A stretch of 64,000 nt of DNA from Diplonema japonicum (lineage: Eukaryota; Protista; Euglenozoa: Diplonemea): NCBI GenBank assembly GCA_964019335.1, contig OZ025656.1:1-64000 (forward strand), read 5' to 3'. This document shows, one piece after another, positions 20,038 through 32,400 of this stretch. Under the pieces are notes generated by a model. That model saw only the letters and a list, made by a program, of their open reading frames with translations, made no database searches and was not told the DNA's origin. Positions within the stretch are counted from its first letter, which is position 1, and the number at the start of each line of letters is the position of its first letter. The translations under genes were made by a program, and so were the position numbers.

Positions 20038-20646
20038 TCACTTCTTCATGGGTATCGGGTTTGCCTCCATGGCATGTGTCAGGCGCACGGCCATGTCGTC
20101 GAAGGCTTTCTGCTGTGCTGCCACTGTCTTGACATTTGAGGAAATGACAGCCATCTTGAAGGGGATGGTGTCCGCAGAAGCGATGCGAATGGAGGGGTGG
20201 ATTGTGAGCTGTGTGTTGTTGTACTGTGTTGATAAGCACACCTGCTTCTCCGAGCTGGCTAATGGCGTTTCTGTGCCTGATATCAAGGAGCTCTTAGATT
20301 GTAGATGTTTTATCGCCTTTCGAATTGTGTCATCGTGTTTGGTGCCTTTCAGGATTGCTCGTGTTGTTGTGAGACATTGCTTAACAAGAAAGGACCCTGT
20401 GGTTTCCAGGTCCGCCGCGAATGCATTCAACTTACCCCCGTGCTCTGCTAATAACTGTTTCCTTCTTCCTTGTAAATGCAAGGCAATGTTCTTCCCCAAC
20501 TCTTGCTCTAAAGGCAGTTCTTTTTCCGCCGCTAGTTTTTGCTGCTTTAGTTCCTCAGCCGCTTCAACACCTGGAGTCTCAACAGCAGCTATTGTCATGG
20601 CTGCTGCGGCGGCCGCGTCTACTGGGCTAGTGGCGGTTGCCGACAT
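20038..20646 (-). CDS. Hypothetical protein (~190 aa)
   Basis: ATG at 20646 follows a pyrimidine tract and AG. Probable in-frame 33-nt intron at 20209-20241. Confidence 0.6.
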   Translation of the reverse strand: MSATATSPVDAAAAAAMTIAAVETPGVEAAEELKQQKLAAEKELPLEQELGKNIALHLQGRRKQLLAEHGGKLNAFAADLETTGSFLVKQCLTTTRAILKGTKHDDTIRKAIKHLQSKSSLISGTETPLASSEKQVCLSTQYNNTQLTIHPSIRIASADTIPFKMAVISSNVKTVAAQQKAFDDMAVRLTHAMEANPIPMKK

Positions 20647-20954
20647 TACTGTGGTGTCTAAACTGACAAACGAGAAAACAAACACTCTGGTGCTATCGGC
20701 AAGGCGGCCTCTACCTGATGCACACAAAAAGAAGAAAAAAAAAAAACGTTCATATATTACGAACACTAACAACTCAGATCACAGGTGCCAGCAGTGCTTG
20801 AGAGAATTGTCTCAACAACGAAGGCAGCTATGCATTGAAGCCATTGAAGCGTTATTTTTCGTTTTGTGTAGATATGTCAACCAAGCAGCGTAGCAACAAC
20901 GTAGAGACAGCTGTATCCTTCTACAAGTTTGAACGTTAACAATGGTTCACCTTC

Positions 20955-22858
20955 TTAATTGTTGAGTTCCGTGCAGAATTGCTGTGTTTCTTTATACGTT
21001 GCTTGCTTGCATACCATCAACTCGAGCTTCAAGGTCTCCAGGGATTTATCGCATGTCCTAGGCGGTGTGGGCGGCTTGGGCGCGTTTACAGCCGCAGACA
21101 GCGCACGAGGGACCTTCGCAGATGTCCTTTTCGTCAGATTCTCGTACACGGCGGTCACGTCATAGGTGCCAAGCGAAGGCGCTGTCTTCCCGTCGAGACC
21201 CTGAAGCGTGTGAACTGTAGTAGTGAGCATACCTCCTTCACTGCGTCTGGGAACTTGGCGAAGCTGGCGGTCGACGCTAACAAAATCGGGATCACGTCTG
21301 TTTTTTTCTTGTAGTCATTCATAACCTTGTAGGCCACTGCCGTATGGGTATCCAAGAGATAACTGTTGCCTTCCTGCACAGCTTTGATTGTCGCCAGGCA
21401 TTCTGCCTCTGTACAGAAACCCGCAGTGAAGTCCTCCTGCAACTTTGCAAATAACTCTTGAGGCAGCTCAAAGAAGCCCTTGCTGTCCAGATCAGCCATG
21501 AGGCCCTTCACAACCTCCGTATCCCCGTCACAGAGGAGGAACAAGAAGCGCTCTACGTTGGAAGACTTGAGGATGTCAATGCTAGGCGAAGCCGTGAGCT
21601 TGAGCCCACGCGACCTTGTGTCGTACACGCCAGTGGTGATGAAGTCAGTCAGGACGTTGTTTTCGTTCGATGCGCACACAAACCTCCTGACAGGTAAGCC
21701 TGCGGCTTTCGCGAAGTAAGCGCTGAGGATGTTCCCGAAGTTACCTGTGGGCACCACTACATCCACTTTGTCACCCACTTTGATGACCTTCTTGCCTAGC
21801 AGTTGGCAGTACCCGTAAATGTAGTATACGATTTGCGGCAAGAGCCTTCCCCAGTTGATGGAGTTTGCCGATGACAGCACAGAGTTGGCCCCCTTAAGCA
21901 GAGTTGCTTTGTATTCGCCGTCATTGAAGATCTGTTTCACTGAAGTCTGGCAGAAGTCGAAGTCGGCATCAACACCGAGCACACGGACGTTGCCACCTTC
22001 GCATGCCAGCATCTGCGCCTTCTGCACTGCACTCACACCGTCCTTCGGGTACAGCACCATGACAGCAATGCCCTGCTCTTGCATGAAGCCACTAATTGCT
22101 GCAACACCAGTGTCGCCACTCGTTGCTGCCAGAATTACATACTGTGACTTTTCATTGGTCACAGATTTGGTAAAGAACTTGGGGAACAGCTGCAGCGCGA
22201 AGTCTTTGAAGGCTGCAGTAGGTCCATGGAAGAGCTCCAGAACGTGGACGTTGTCCTCAACATTCGTGATAGGGCACACACTGGAGGCTTCCCACCGCTC
22301 AGGGGAATAGGCCTTGGCAATAAGTTCCTTGAGCTCTTGTGGGCTGATTGTCAGTCCCGGTGAATATTGGATGAATGACTCGAGAACATGTTGTGCTGTA
22401 TTTACGTAAGAGAGGCCAGAGAGGTACTCAAAGTCCGACGAAGTGAAGGAAGGGATTGACTGCGGCATGAATAGGCCACCGTCGGCGGCGATACCCTTGC
22501 GCACCACCGAAAGGAAGTCATGCCCTTCGCCACCAGCACCCCGCGTCGATCTGAACCATCTTGAGAATGATAACCTCTTTGCTACTCTGTCTTCGACTGA
22601 CGCATCCCCCTCGCCTTCCCATCTCATCACTTTCACGTCGTAGGTCTGTTCGTATGTAACATTTACTTCGCAGCCGGCTACATAGACAACAGGACCCCCG
22701 TACTCTTTCAGGGTCGTCAGATCAATTTCTCCTTCCACCTCCACAACAGCGTCTGCCAATCCCTTCTTCACAGCAGTGTGCTTGACGTACTGCTTACCTA
22801 ATTTCTTCGCAAGGCCCTCGGCCACTTTCGTGTATCCTACAAGAAATACGTTCGTCAT
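20955..22858 (-). CDS. Threonine synthase (class II / THNSL1-like) with an N-terminal extension
   Basis: GIAADGGLF, LELFHGPTAAFKDFAL (PLP lysine), ATSGDTG, SANSINWGRL, VPTGNFGN. Introns 21201-21232 and probably 20982-21014. Confidence 0.92.
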
Positions 22859-22946
22859 TACTTAACTTACCTATATGTTGGATTCACGTTTGAAGCAATT
22901 GTGAGTCATAAACGGAACCAAAGACGAGAGAAAAAAAGGTTCGTAG

Positions 22947-23888
22947 CTAATCTAATCTGCTGTATGCGCCGCACCAGAAGTCTATAGATGCGACTTCCTC
23001 ATGAGAGATGCCCAGCTGTTCCAGAACATGCTTTGTATGGCACGTTCGTGGTTGTGGCAGATCAAGGTAGTTCTCTATGGTACGGGTCTCGACATGGCCC
23101 GTTTTATAGTGTATGTGCACGTCTCGTGTGGCCCTCGGTTGGGAACCTTCGGAAGATAGTGAATAGCTACCGCTGGGGGTCTTCTTGAGAATCCATATCT
23201 CGCAGTTGTTAGGGTTGTAAACAGTGTGGAATGTATCGGGTGACCACGCCATCTCAGCAGAGAGCAGCAAACGCATGGTAAGGCCGTGCGAAACAACTAG
23301 CACGTTATCAACTTTCGGTCTCGTTGGCCGCTTGTTAATGTTCTTAATAGCTACAAGCACAGAAGCTGCCCTATCATATACGTCTGCCCCGCTCTCCCCT
23401 TCGGGGAACCTGTACCAAAACCTCCCAACCTTTGTCTGTATTTCGCGGTATTTTTTCATTGTATCTGCTGCTTGTGTGTTGCCAAATTCCTGCTCCCGCA
23501 CGCGAGGGTCGATCCTAGTCTCTATGACCTGCTCCGGGAGCTCTTTGTGGATATTACGCATTGTCATGTTTGTTCTCCAGAACGGTGATATCACTGCAAC
23601 AAGTTTCTGGTCCTTCACGATTTTTTTGATGGTTTTCCCTGCTTCGCGTGCTTGCTGGCAGCCCCTTTCTGTCAGCTCTATCATGTTGTCGGGTTTCGAG
23701 CTCCACACAGCAGGGTTCACATTAGCCTCGCTTTCGCCATGCCTCAGCAATATGATCCTTTCGGGCATATCGCGGATCTCTGCTTGGAGGAGCTGTGCCT
23801 TCAGCATGTCTTGCAGCGGATTTTTGCAACACCATAGAGCACCAAGTGTGGTGGTTGCACCCAACAAAAAGCCACTTGAAGCATCCAT
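22947..23888 (-). CDS. Histidine phosphatase / phosphoglycerate mutase family (Det1-like)
   Basis: LLRHGES, SPFWRT, REQEFG, RFPEGESGADVYDR, VSHG. Confidence 0.9.
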   Translation of the reverse strand: MDASSGFLLGATTTLGALWCCKNPLQDMLKAQLLQAEIRDMPERIILLRHGESEANVNPAVWSSKPDNMIELTERGCQQAREAGKTIKKIVKDQKLVAVISPFWRTNMTMRNIHKELPEQVIETRIDPRVREQEFGNTQAADTMKKYREIQTKVGRFWYRFPEGESGADVYDRAASVLVAIKNINKRPTRPKVDNVLVVSHGLTMRLLLSAEMAWSPDTFHTVYNPNNCEIWILKKTPSGSYSLSSEGSQPRATRDVHIHYKTGHVETRTIENYLDLPQPRTCHTKHVLEQLGISHEEVASIDFWCGAYSRLD

Positions 23889-23944
23889 AGCTTGCGTCCT
23901 TTAGTGATGTGGTCAAGGGAGGCAAAGCAGCTGCGTTACTAATT

Positions 23945-25774
23945 TTAGTACAAGAATGTCTTACAGAGCGGCACGTGCTTTGAAGCACGTGGTTTCATGC
24001 CATGCAGAGTGGCTTGTACTGGGGCAATCCTTATAAAATGCGGTTTTTCTTCCTCAGGGGGTAGAGGAGCACCAACCCACATCCAGTGGGAGGATTCATG
24101 GGTTGGTTGATCAGGGCAATATTTGCATTTGTGCGACAAGTGGCCCACTTGTGCTTCGGGATGAGCTAGTCTGCGTCGCCCGTCTGTAAAGACAGGTCGC
24201 CGCAGTCCCATCTTAACGTTGAACAAAGGGTCATTCTTTCGCTTATCCTGCACCTCCATCATCATTAAGTAGCGTTCAGTAAAAGGTGCCATGGAGTACT
24301 CAGAGACAGGGTCGCCGTCTTCCACTCGCTGGCGGATGATCTTCTCGTGCAATTTCCTCTTTGTTTCTAACATGGCTTCCCATTCGGCCTTCCGCCGACA
24401 CACCTCGTGGTACTTCGCGTCCCGTTTGCTGATATGCTTGCGATGTTCTTTTTCAATAGTCCAGAAAATCAGTCGTATGGAACTCTCGCGATACTGAAGC
24501 TCGCTTTTAGCGATACAGTGTGCATGCAAGAGGCGGTCTCGTTCCAAAGTACACCGGCAATCATATTCGCATCTGTCCATCTTGGATCGCATGCTTTTCT
24601 CGCCATTCTCGAACCATAGTCTGTCCAGCTTGTGCTCAAACTTAATATTCTCGCTCAACAGTAACTTCTTCTTCATCTTAACAGGCACAGCTTTTGAGAG
24701 TTGTCCACTGTAGTCATGAACCAGGTCCCGTATCCTTTGCCAGTAGAACCTTGATGCTACATATGTTTGTGTGGGCATCAACCATATCCTGCGAATTGCA
24801 CAAGTCACTTTCTGCACTTCAAGTGAGTTGATTTCCACACTCATGTCCGTGAAGTTATAAGCACCTACACCACTGGATGTCATCACGAACGACGTGCCCC
24901 CCTTCCCCTTCCGTGATGCCCGCTCTATGCTCTGTGTCTCTTCTTCGTCGTACGACACCCACGTGTTATTTTCTTCGTATTGCCACAGAAGACATCCCTT
25001 TTCAACAGAGAAAGGCGAGGAGATCGCTTCGCTACATTGTAGATTCGCTGGTGGCGGTCGCAAGTACATCAATAAGGCATGCACCTTCCACCTCAAGATT
25101 GCTGTCTCAACTGTATAATTACGAGATGATGAATCGTTGTGTTTAAGTCCGTCGAGGATGCGTCCATCAGCGGACTGGACGGGGCGTGTCATGATTATTT
25201 TGTAAACGGGGTCCAACACATCATCCGGGATCGAGACGCCACCTGCCTCCAGACGCTGTTGGATCAGTAGGTTCTCATGGCTGACAACCGAGTAGTTGTT
25301 GTCGATGGCATGTTCCCAGATCTTGAAGAGTGCATATGAAAAAGACTGCGGTGCCCGATCGTTTATTTCGCTGTTGCCTTTCCCTCCTGCTTCGTTTTCA
25401 GCTAGCTCATCTTCCTGTCCTGTCACCCACTCTAGCATGGCACTTCCCCGCATGGTCGCAACGTCGGGGAAGTCCTGTGTGTTCGAGTCGAAGGTCACGA
25501 CTATCTGCACCTGTCTGTCACGCTTGCCAACTTTGTCTACTATCGCTGAGATCTCTTCCTTCAGCTGAGACTGCCTGCGTTTGCCACCTTGTGCCCTTTT
25601 CCCTCTTTGTTGCGGTGCATCGTGTACGGTAGATCCTTCTCCTTCCTTCTTGAAAGTGTTCAAGACTCCTAAGTCGCTTTGGCCTACATTGCCAAAGTTC
25701 AAGGCACGCACCGCTTGCTGCATCTGCGACAGCACATCGCCAGGAGTCCATTCCTTGTCATCTGGCTGACTCAT
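23945..25774 (-). CDS. Hypothetical protein with a WWE-like domain
   Basis: 609-aa ORF. LWQYEENNTWVSYDEEETQSIERA...YNFTDM...AIRR fits a WWE domain. Confidence 0.65.
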   Translation of the reverse strand: MSQPDDKEWTPGDVLSQMQQAVRALNFGNVGQSDLGVLNTFKKEGEGSTVHDAPQQRGKRAQGGKRRQSQLKEEISAIVDKVGKRDRQVQIVVTFDSNTQDFPDVATMRGSAMLEWVTGQEDELAENEAGGKGNSEINDRAPQSFSYALFKIWEHAIDNNYSVVSHENLLIQQRLEAGGVSIPDDVLDPVYKIIMTRPVQSADGRILDGLKHNDSSSRNYTVETAILRWKVHALLMYLRPPPANLQCSEAISSPFSVEKGCLLWQYEENNTWVSYDEEETQSIERASRKGKGGTSFVMTSSGVGAYNFTDMSVEINSLEVQKVTCAIRRIWLMPTQTYVASRFYWQRIRDLVHDYSGQLSKAVPVKMKKKLLLSENIKFEHKLDRLWFENGEKSMRSKMDRCEYDCRCTLERDRLLHAHCIAKSELQYRESSIRLIFWTIEKEHRKHISKRDAKYHEVCRRKAEWEAMLETKRKLHEKIIRQRVEDGDPVSEYSMAPFTERYLMMMEVQDKRKNDPLFNVKMGLRRPVFTDGRRRLAHPEAQVGHLSHKCKYCPDQPTHESSHWMWVGAPLPPEEEKPHFIRIAPVQATLHGMKPRASKHVPLCKTFLY

Positions 25775-26455
25775 CTGCGTTTGTGAGACGGTTAAGAATT
25801 AAAGAGGCAAAAATTAAAGGGGGGGGCAAAAAAGGAGAATGTTCACAGCGTTCCTTCAGTAGCGAAAGAGTGAAAAATAGAGAAAATCGAGAACTGCAGT
25901 ACTAAACGTACGTTGTTAACGTGTTCACTGGTGGGAGGAGACTAATGGGGACTGCACACAGAGAAAATAATAAGCAAAGGAAAGGGAACAAGGGGGGGGG
26001 GAAGGAGACAGCAAAGGGTCGCTTGACACTTCACTTTATTCTCATTAACAGCCTAACTACATAAAAGTGCTGATCTCGCAAAGGGAAGAATGGTGTATGA
26101 AGCGCGTGTTACAAGATGTATGGCGCTTGGTGGCAGCGGCATGTGAGCTATGATTACCCTAGCCACGAACAGACATGTTGTTGCAGATTGTTTTTTTTTT
26201 TTTTTTTTTTTTCTTTTTTTTTTCTTCTCGTTGTTTTATACTGATCTTATCATACGTTGAATAAACAATGGGAGGGTGGAGGAAGGGAGAGATAGAAACA
26301 CCCCACAGACAGTGGGGTGACGTGGCGTACTCTACGTAGAAGCACTGTAAGTCTCGCTTTCGCGTTTCTTTTGCAAGCTTGAGATAGGGAAGAAAACATC
26401 ATTTAAAAAAAAAAAGACAGAAATAAGAAGAAAAGCAAGGCATCATTCATAAAGA

Positions 26456-29400
26456 TCACAGCATGTCTTCTATGCCGTCCATCGGATTCTCTTTTTGTAT
26501 CTTCACCCTGTCGTCCATATTCTGCATTTCTTGACCGTCTCCGACAAAGTCGGGGTCCAGAAGACGGGCATCGAGCTCGTAGTCCTGTTGTGGTGTTATT
26601 GGCTGCCTTCTTTTTCACTTAATACCTGGAATTGCATGTTGTTCTTCAACTCGTCGAGTTCGCCCTTGGCCTGTCGCAGCTTTCTGTACATGAACAGGAT
26701 GATCAAAAGGAGACACGGAAGCGGCAGGAGCAAGATCCACCAGTACTTAAAGCCACCATCCGACTGGTTGATGACAACCGACGTAGGGGTAGCATTATGA
26801 ACAGCCCCGGGAATAGGAACTTCTATGAAAAATGAATCGCCGCCTTCCGCACGTGGGATTTTCTTGTACGTCTGCCCGCCATCGAGGGAGAGGCACACGT
26901 AGTGGTCCTCCTTGCCAACCCCGATGTCTGTAACCTCGAACATGGAATCTGCTGTGGGGCGCCCGTTACCCCCTGTGGCAAACGCAGGGTTCAAATGGTC
27001 GCAGCCATCAGGGCTGCCCGTAACGGCTATGTACGGGTTCTCTGGCGGGCAGACCATGTCGAGGGTCACGTTGAACGGCAGGCCTTCCACGGCATTGTTC
27101 CCGTCCACCTCTATCGTGAAGGCTGCCGAGGGAGACCTCAGTGGCAAAGAGAAAAAGTTGCCACTACCATCCATCAGATTGACTGCCGAAGGGTTATCAA
27201 GCGGGTTGTGCACGTAGCATAGATAGACCTTATCCAGGGCCTGCTTAGGGTAGAAAGTGAAAACCCCGTCACCGTCAGCGGGTGACGTCTCACAGAAGAT
27301 GTCTGTCTCGGATAGGGGCTGCTTGCACCAGACCTGCGTTTGTTTTATTTTGTTTCGTAATTCTCATACCTTCGTCGGATTAGCACACGGCGTTGAAGAC
27401 AATAGTTTGATCCCTACACCAGTACCACGGGTCACGATCTCCAGAGGCTGGTTGGCGGACGGGTGTGCTTGTGGCATGAAGCCCTTGCTCTGGACAATCT
27501 CAAAGGTAGTGTCACCAGAGCTAGGGAAACGTAGCTCTTCATAAACAACACCGTCTGTCGAGTAGCACACCTTGACGAAGCCTGATTCTTGCGGCAGCAC
27601 CACAAGCTCACGGAGTGCAATCATCGTGCCGGTGCCCATTACCGTTTGATCTCCACACGCAGCACTACTGGGGGATAGCATTACCTTTGATGAACCAGAG
27701 AAAGCCCCACCAACGAGGTGCAGGTTGAAGGCTTCTCCGTCAACTGGTTGGCTGTTAACCCCAGAGCTCACACTCACCGCTGGCACACCTGTATCAGCCT
27801 TTGCCACGAACCACGCGTTGAAGAGGCCTCGTAGGGAGCGTCTTTCGAGAAGCTGATAACTCTTAGTGCCTATCACGGCAGCGCACACGTACACCGCACC
27901 GCTGTACTTCTGGATTTTCATGTTCTCAACCGCATGGGCCACAGTAAGCGTGACCTGGGTTCCAGGCAGGGCAACAGGGCTAGTGCACGATGGTATCGAC
28001 GTCACCACCACGTTGTACTCCTCGTCAGAATGAAGAGCCAATTCCATGCCAAACGGCTGTCCACTGACCACAGTGCCTCTCGTCTTCACTGTGTAGTATG
28101 AGGCAGGTGTTACTACCTCGGGTAAGAACCCTGCCTGTGGTGACCCGTCTGAGGGTGAAACTGTTTTGAAGCCCGACGCTGTGTTTTCCTTTAAACACAC
28201 AAATACCTGCTGCGAACCCTGAGGCACAGACATTGCCACAATTGTGCGCACTTCACCCTGGAACCAAGTGTCTGTTGTCCCGGTTAAAGCAGTGTTGCAT
28301 GTGCTATCACTCGAGAAGGCCAACTGTGACCCTTCTGGAATAGACCCGTAGAGAGCTACATTAACTGACAATCCTGCTTTAGCAGGTGACAGCAGTGCAT
28401 ATGTGATATCAGGTGCATAAAGAGAAGCACTGTCCATTTGGAAAGTTGGACCAGTCCCGTCAGCATTAGCAACCCCCTGTCCGTGCCCGTCGCAAACCGT
28501 GATGGTCCCTATGGCATTTATTGTTATTTGTTGCGGTCCGACCACTGCTACATGTGAGAGCACGCTGGAATCAGAGCAATCGCCTGACAGTGTAAAAGCG
28601 AATAGCTCCGCGCCTTGCGGGACAGCACCATTCACGGTGAACGTGAATGGCGACCCCACTTGGGGCTTATCGACACTGAATGAAGGAACTGCACTGTCGA
28701 GTGAAGAAAACCAAGGGATCAGCGAAGTCTCTTTCTCAAGCAGGGCCCAACCGCTGCCGCCGTTGTAGCACACGTACATAGGACGCCCGTTCTCAATAGT
28801 GACGGTGGCCTTCCCGCCTAGCAGCGTGACTTGGGACGACCCCTTGGCTACATAGGTGGTGATCTCGTTCTCCCAGCACCCCTTCGGGTCGGTCAATATA
28901 ACAATATCACCCGCAGCATCGACCGACAACTCGACAGTGTTGGAAACAGGCCCGACAAAGCTGTAAACTGGTGGGCCAGCAACAACTGGTAATACGGTCA
29001 GAGTACTGCTACCACCTGTCGTACGTTCAGCCACGGCGCCATTAACGCATATTGTCAACACAAGACTCTGCTTCTGCACTGCCTCGGTGAAAACAAATCC
29101 TGTAGCAGAATTATACAGTACCCCCACGACACCGCTGCACGTTGATGCTTCTGTCTTTGCAATCGTCGCACCCTGAGTGTTCCCACTCAGCTTCACAGTG
29201 ATTGGGCTTCCAAACACAGAGGTGCTTGCCATATACCACCGCGGTGCCTGTGCTGCTTTAATGACGAAAGTTCCTGTGCTTCCTATTGCGCTTGCAACTC
29301 TATTGTTGAGGTCTCCATCAATGCACAATGAAGCGGTTACGTCAGCACTGCTGAACTGCGCTTGTAATGTGACTTTGTTGCTTGCGAGCACCATTGCATC

Positions 29401-32400
29401 ACCACAGATACCCACCTTGCTGCCCGCTTTGAAATGGAACAGTTCGATTTCAAAGTTCTGGCCCGCAACAGGTGCGGTTTTGAGGTAGAAACTTGCGGGG
29501 CGCACCCACTCCTCCTCTATTGAAAAGTAGTCACGGCTGCTCGAAGCAGGCGTAACCAAGCGCCAGCCTGCTTGTTGTGTGAAATAGCACACATAAACCT
29601 GCTGAGCAGCCTCTACAGGCATTGATGCACTTCCATCTGCCTGCTTCACGAAGGGGCTTTCAGGTGTCAAAGGAACAGTGCTTGTGAAGTTCACATGCAG
29701 AGGGTCATTGATGTCGGTCATGAAACTTGTTCCTGCTGATGTTGCAGTAGCTTTCTGTAAAACGGTTTTGCATTCTGCAGAATTAATATCAGTACATGAC
29801 AAGTCCAGTGATTGACACATAGCAGAGTTGGTAGACAGTACTACGCTGGGAGTGGCTCCTGGAGGGACATGAACCAACTCAAGTGTCATTGGTGCTTGTG
29901 CCGAAGGGACTCTTGGCCCGTCGCACTCGGCAGGGGGGACATGCACCCTGTACTGCACAGAGGCACAGGCATGGGCCGGATCAGTCGCAGGATCCTTGCA
30001 TTTATCACAGTTGTCCCCTGCATACATCGCTAGGCACAAGTTGCACCTCGGGCCTTTCCAGAAGTTTGTACAAGTGCACTGGCAACTACCATCCTCGATA
30101 AGCACAGCGCTTCCGTGGCTGTTGCATGTTGTTGAGTTAGGTCCAGTATGACACTCGCAGTCGGGGAAGGTCGAAAGCGAGTCAGCACATTTGTTGCATT
30201 GCTCGTCTTGCTCAAATATCGAACGACATTCAGTGCACTTTCCCTCGTCCAATGTCCATCCATTTAAACAGTTGCACTGACACCCAGCGCCAGGCGCAGG
30301 AGCGCCTTGTTCGGCAGTTCCGCACTGGCACTCGCATTTATCAGCCGCGCCACTAACACCTCTCACGAGGGTGTATCCTGGCAAGCATGTGTCACAGCTC
30401 TTGCCTGTGAACAAGTCGGCACACCTGTCGCAGTATTCGCCGGCCCAATTGCCTTCACACCTACAGGTGCACTTCAGGCTGACCTTCGAAGCAGTGCCTC
30501 TATTGTTGCAAACAGAGTTATCACATGCCTTACATGAAGGGAAGCTGTAATATTTCGAACTACACGACGCACAACTACTCTGATCGTAGCGGTCCTTGCA
30601 CTGGTCACATCTGTCACCCTCCCACTGGTTGTTGCAGCTACAGATGCATTCACCGTTCACAAGCATCGGGTCGCCATTTCCATTACAATGGTCCGCCTCA
30701 CATGAAGGCAGAAGACAGTCGTCAGAGAACTTAGCTTGAGGGTCTATGCATGTGTCACAATCACCTGTATCTGAGTTGACTAAGAAAGGAGGTGGACACG
30801 TAGCACAGTTGTCGCCAGTCCACTTTCCACTGCACACACAGGTGCATGTGCTTTTGTCACCGGCTAAAGTTGCTGTACCAAATCCATTACAAACATCCTG
30901 GCTGGTGCACGGGGCGCAGTTCGGATAATCGTACCTTCCATCGGCGCATTCATTACATAACGGGCCCGTCCAGCAGTCCGGACACACGTCACACTTCCCT
31001 CCGGACACCTCCCCGATAGGTGTCGTGCAGATGTCGCCAGCATCGAATATGCTCGACGTGAACATGTTTTTGCAAGTGCATATGCACTGGTCGTTGACGA
31101 CTTTGCCGTAGCCCGACAGCTGCTGTGCACTGAGAGAGCAGGACAGCTCATTGCATTGCTGGCATTCTGTTTGTAGTTCCTTGTTAAATCCGTACCAACC
31201 GGGAACACATGTATCACACTGTCCAGCTGATGAGTGCATCATGTTGTTTGGGCACACAGTGCACCTTTCGCCGGACCACGGGAACTTACAATGGCATTGG
31301 CACGCGTCTCCAACCACAGACCACCCGTCTGCGTTGTCATTGCAGTAGCTGGAGTCGCACGACATGCACGTAGGGAAATCAAACGATCCAATTGTACATG
31401 TATCACACGTGGACTGGTCGTATTTCATATGGCACACGTCACACATCTCACCCGTCCACAACCCTTTGCATGCGCCGCACGTGCATCGTGACACACCAAG
31501 AACAGTGTCCCCAACGGTAGCAACGCCATGCGGGCACATACTTGCATCGCAGACGCTGCAATCACCCCTTGATGCATCGCCAAAATAGCCTGGTGCGCAG
31601 CGATCACAGTTCTCACCCCTGAAGTGCGAAGGGCAATATTCGCAGCGTGCCCCTTGCCATCCACCGGAGCAGCTCCTGCACACGCACTCGCCGCCAACTA
31701 CTTCATGAATGCCTCGCTTGTGGCACCAGTTGGCGGTGCACTTGCAACCATGATTGATGTCAGTTGTGTTGCCAGGTGAGCACTGATTACAGTTAGCGCC
31801 CCCAAACTCAGGTGGACACACAGAACAAGCATTCGGACCTGTTCCACTTGGTTCCCAAAAGTTGGAACACGTACAGTTGCACTGGTGATTATTCTGTACC
31901 AAAGTAGCAGACACGGCATGTCCATGACACCAACCGCCTGCAGAAGTCGCATCACACACAAAACAATTTGGGAAGCTGGTCGTGCTTTGCACAGGCCAGC
32001 ACGAATCGCATGTGCCCGGAGGCCCGTAAGGTGCAGGGCATTCATCACAACGGTCGCCTGTCCACGGTGTGGAAGGATCGCACGTGCATTCGCACAGTCC
32101 AGTAGTGGGACTCAGTGCACCGGTGCCATGGTTGTTGCAGTACGATGTATCGCACAGAGTACAGTCCGGGTAGTTGAACCTGTTGGCAGCACACGCATCG
32201 CACGTCGCGTCGTACAATGTGGTGTCACACGTGTCACACGTTGTCCCTGTCCAAGAGTTGGAGCATTCACACGAGCAGGACGAACCACCCACAGCTTTTC
32301 CGTGATGGTTACAGAAGGCAGCACCGCAAACCGTGCACAATCCCTGGCTTCCGGCATATCCTTCTGCACAAGCAGCGCAGTCACCTGAGGCATCGAGGGC

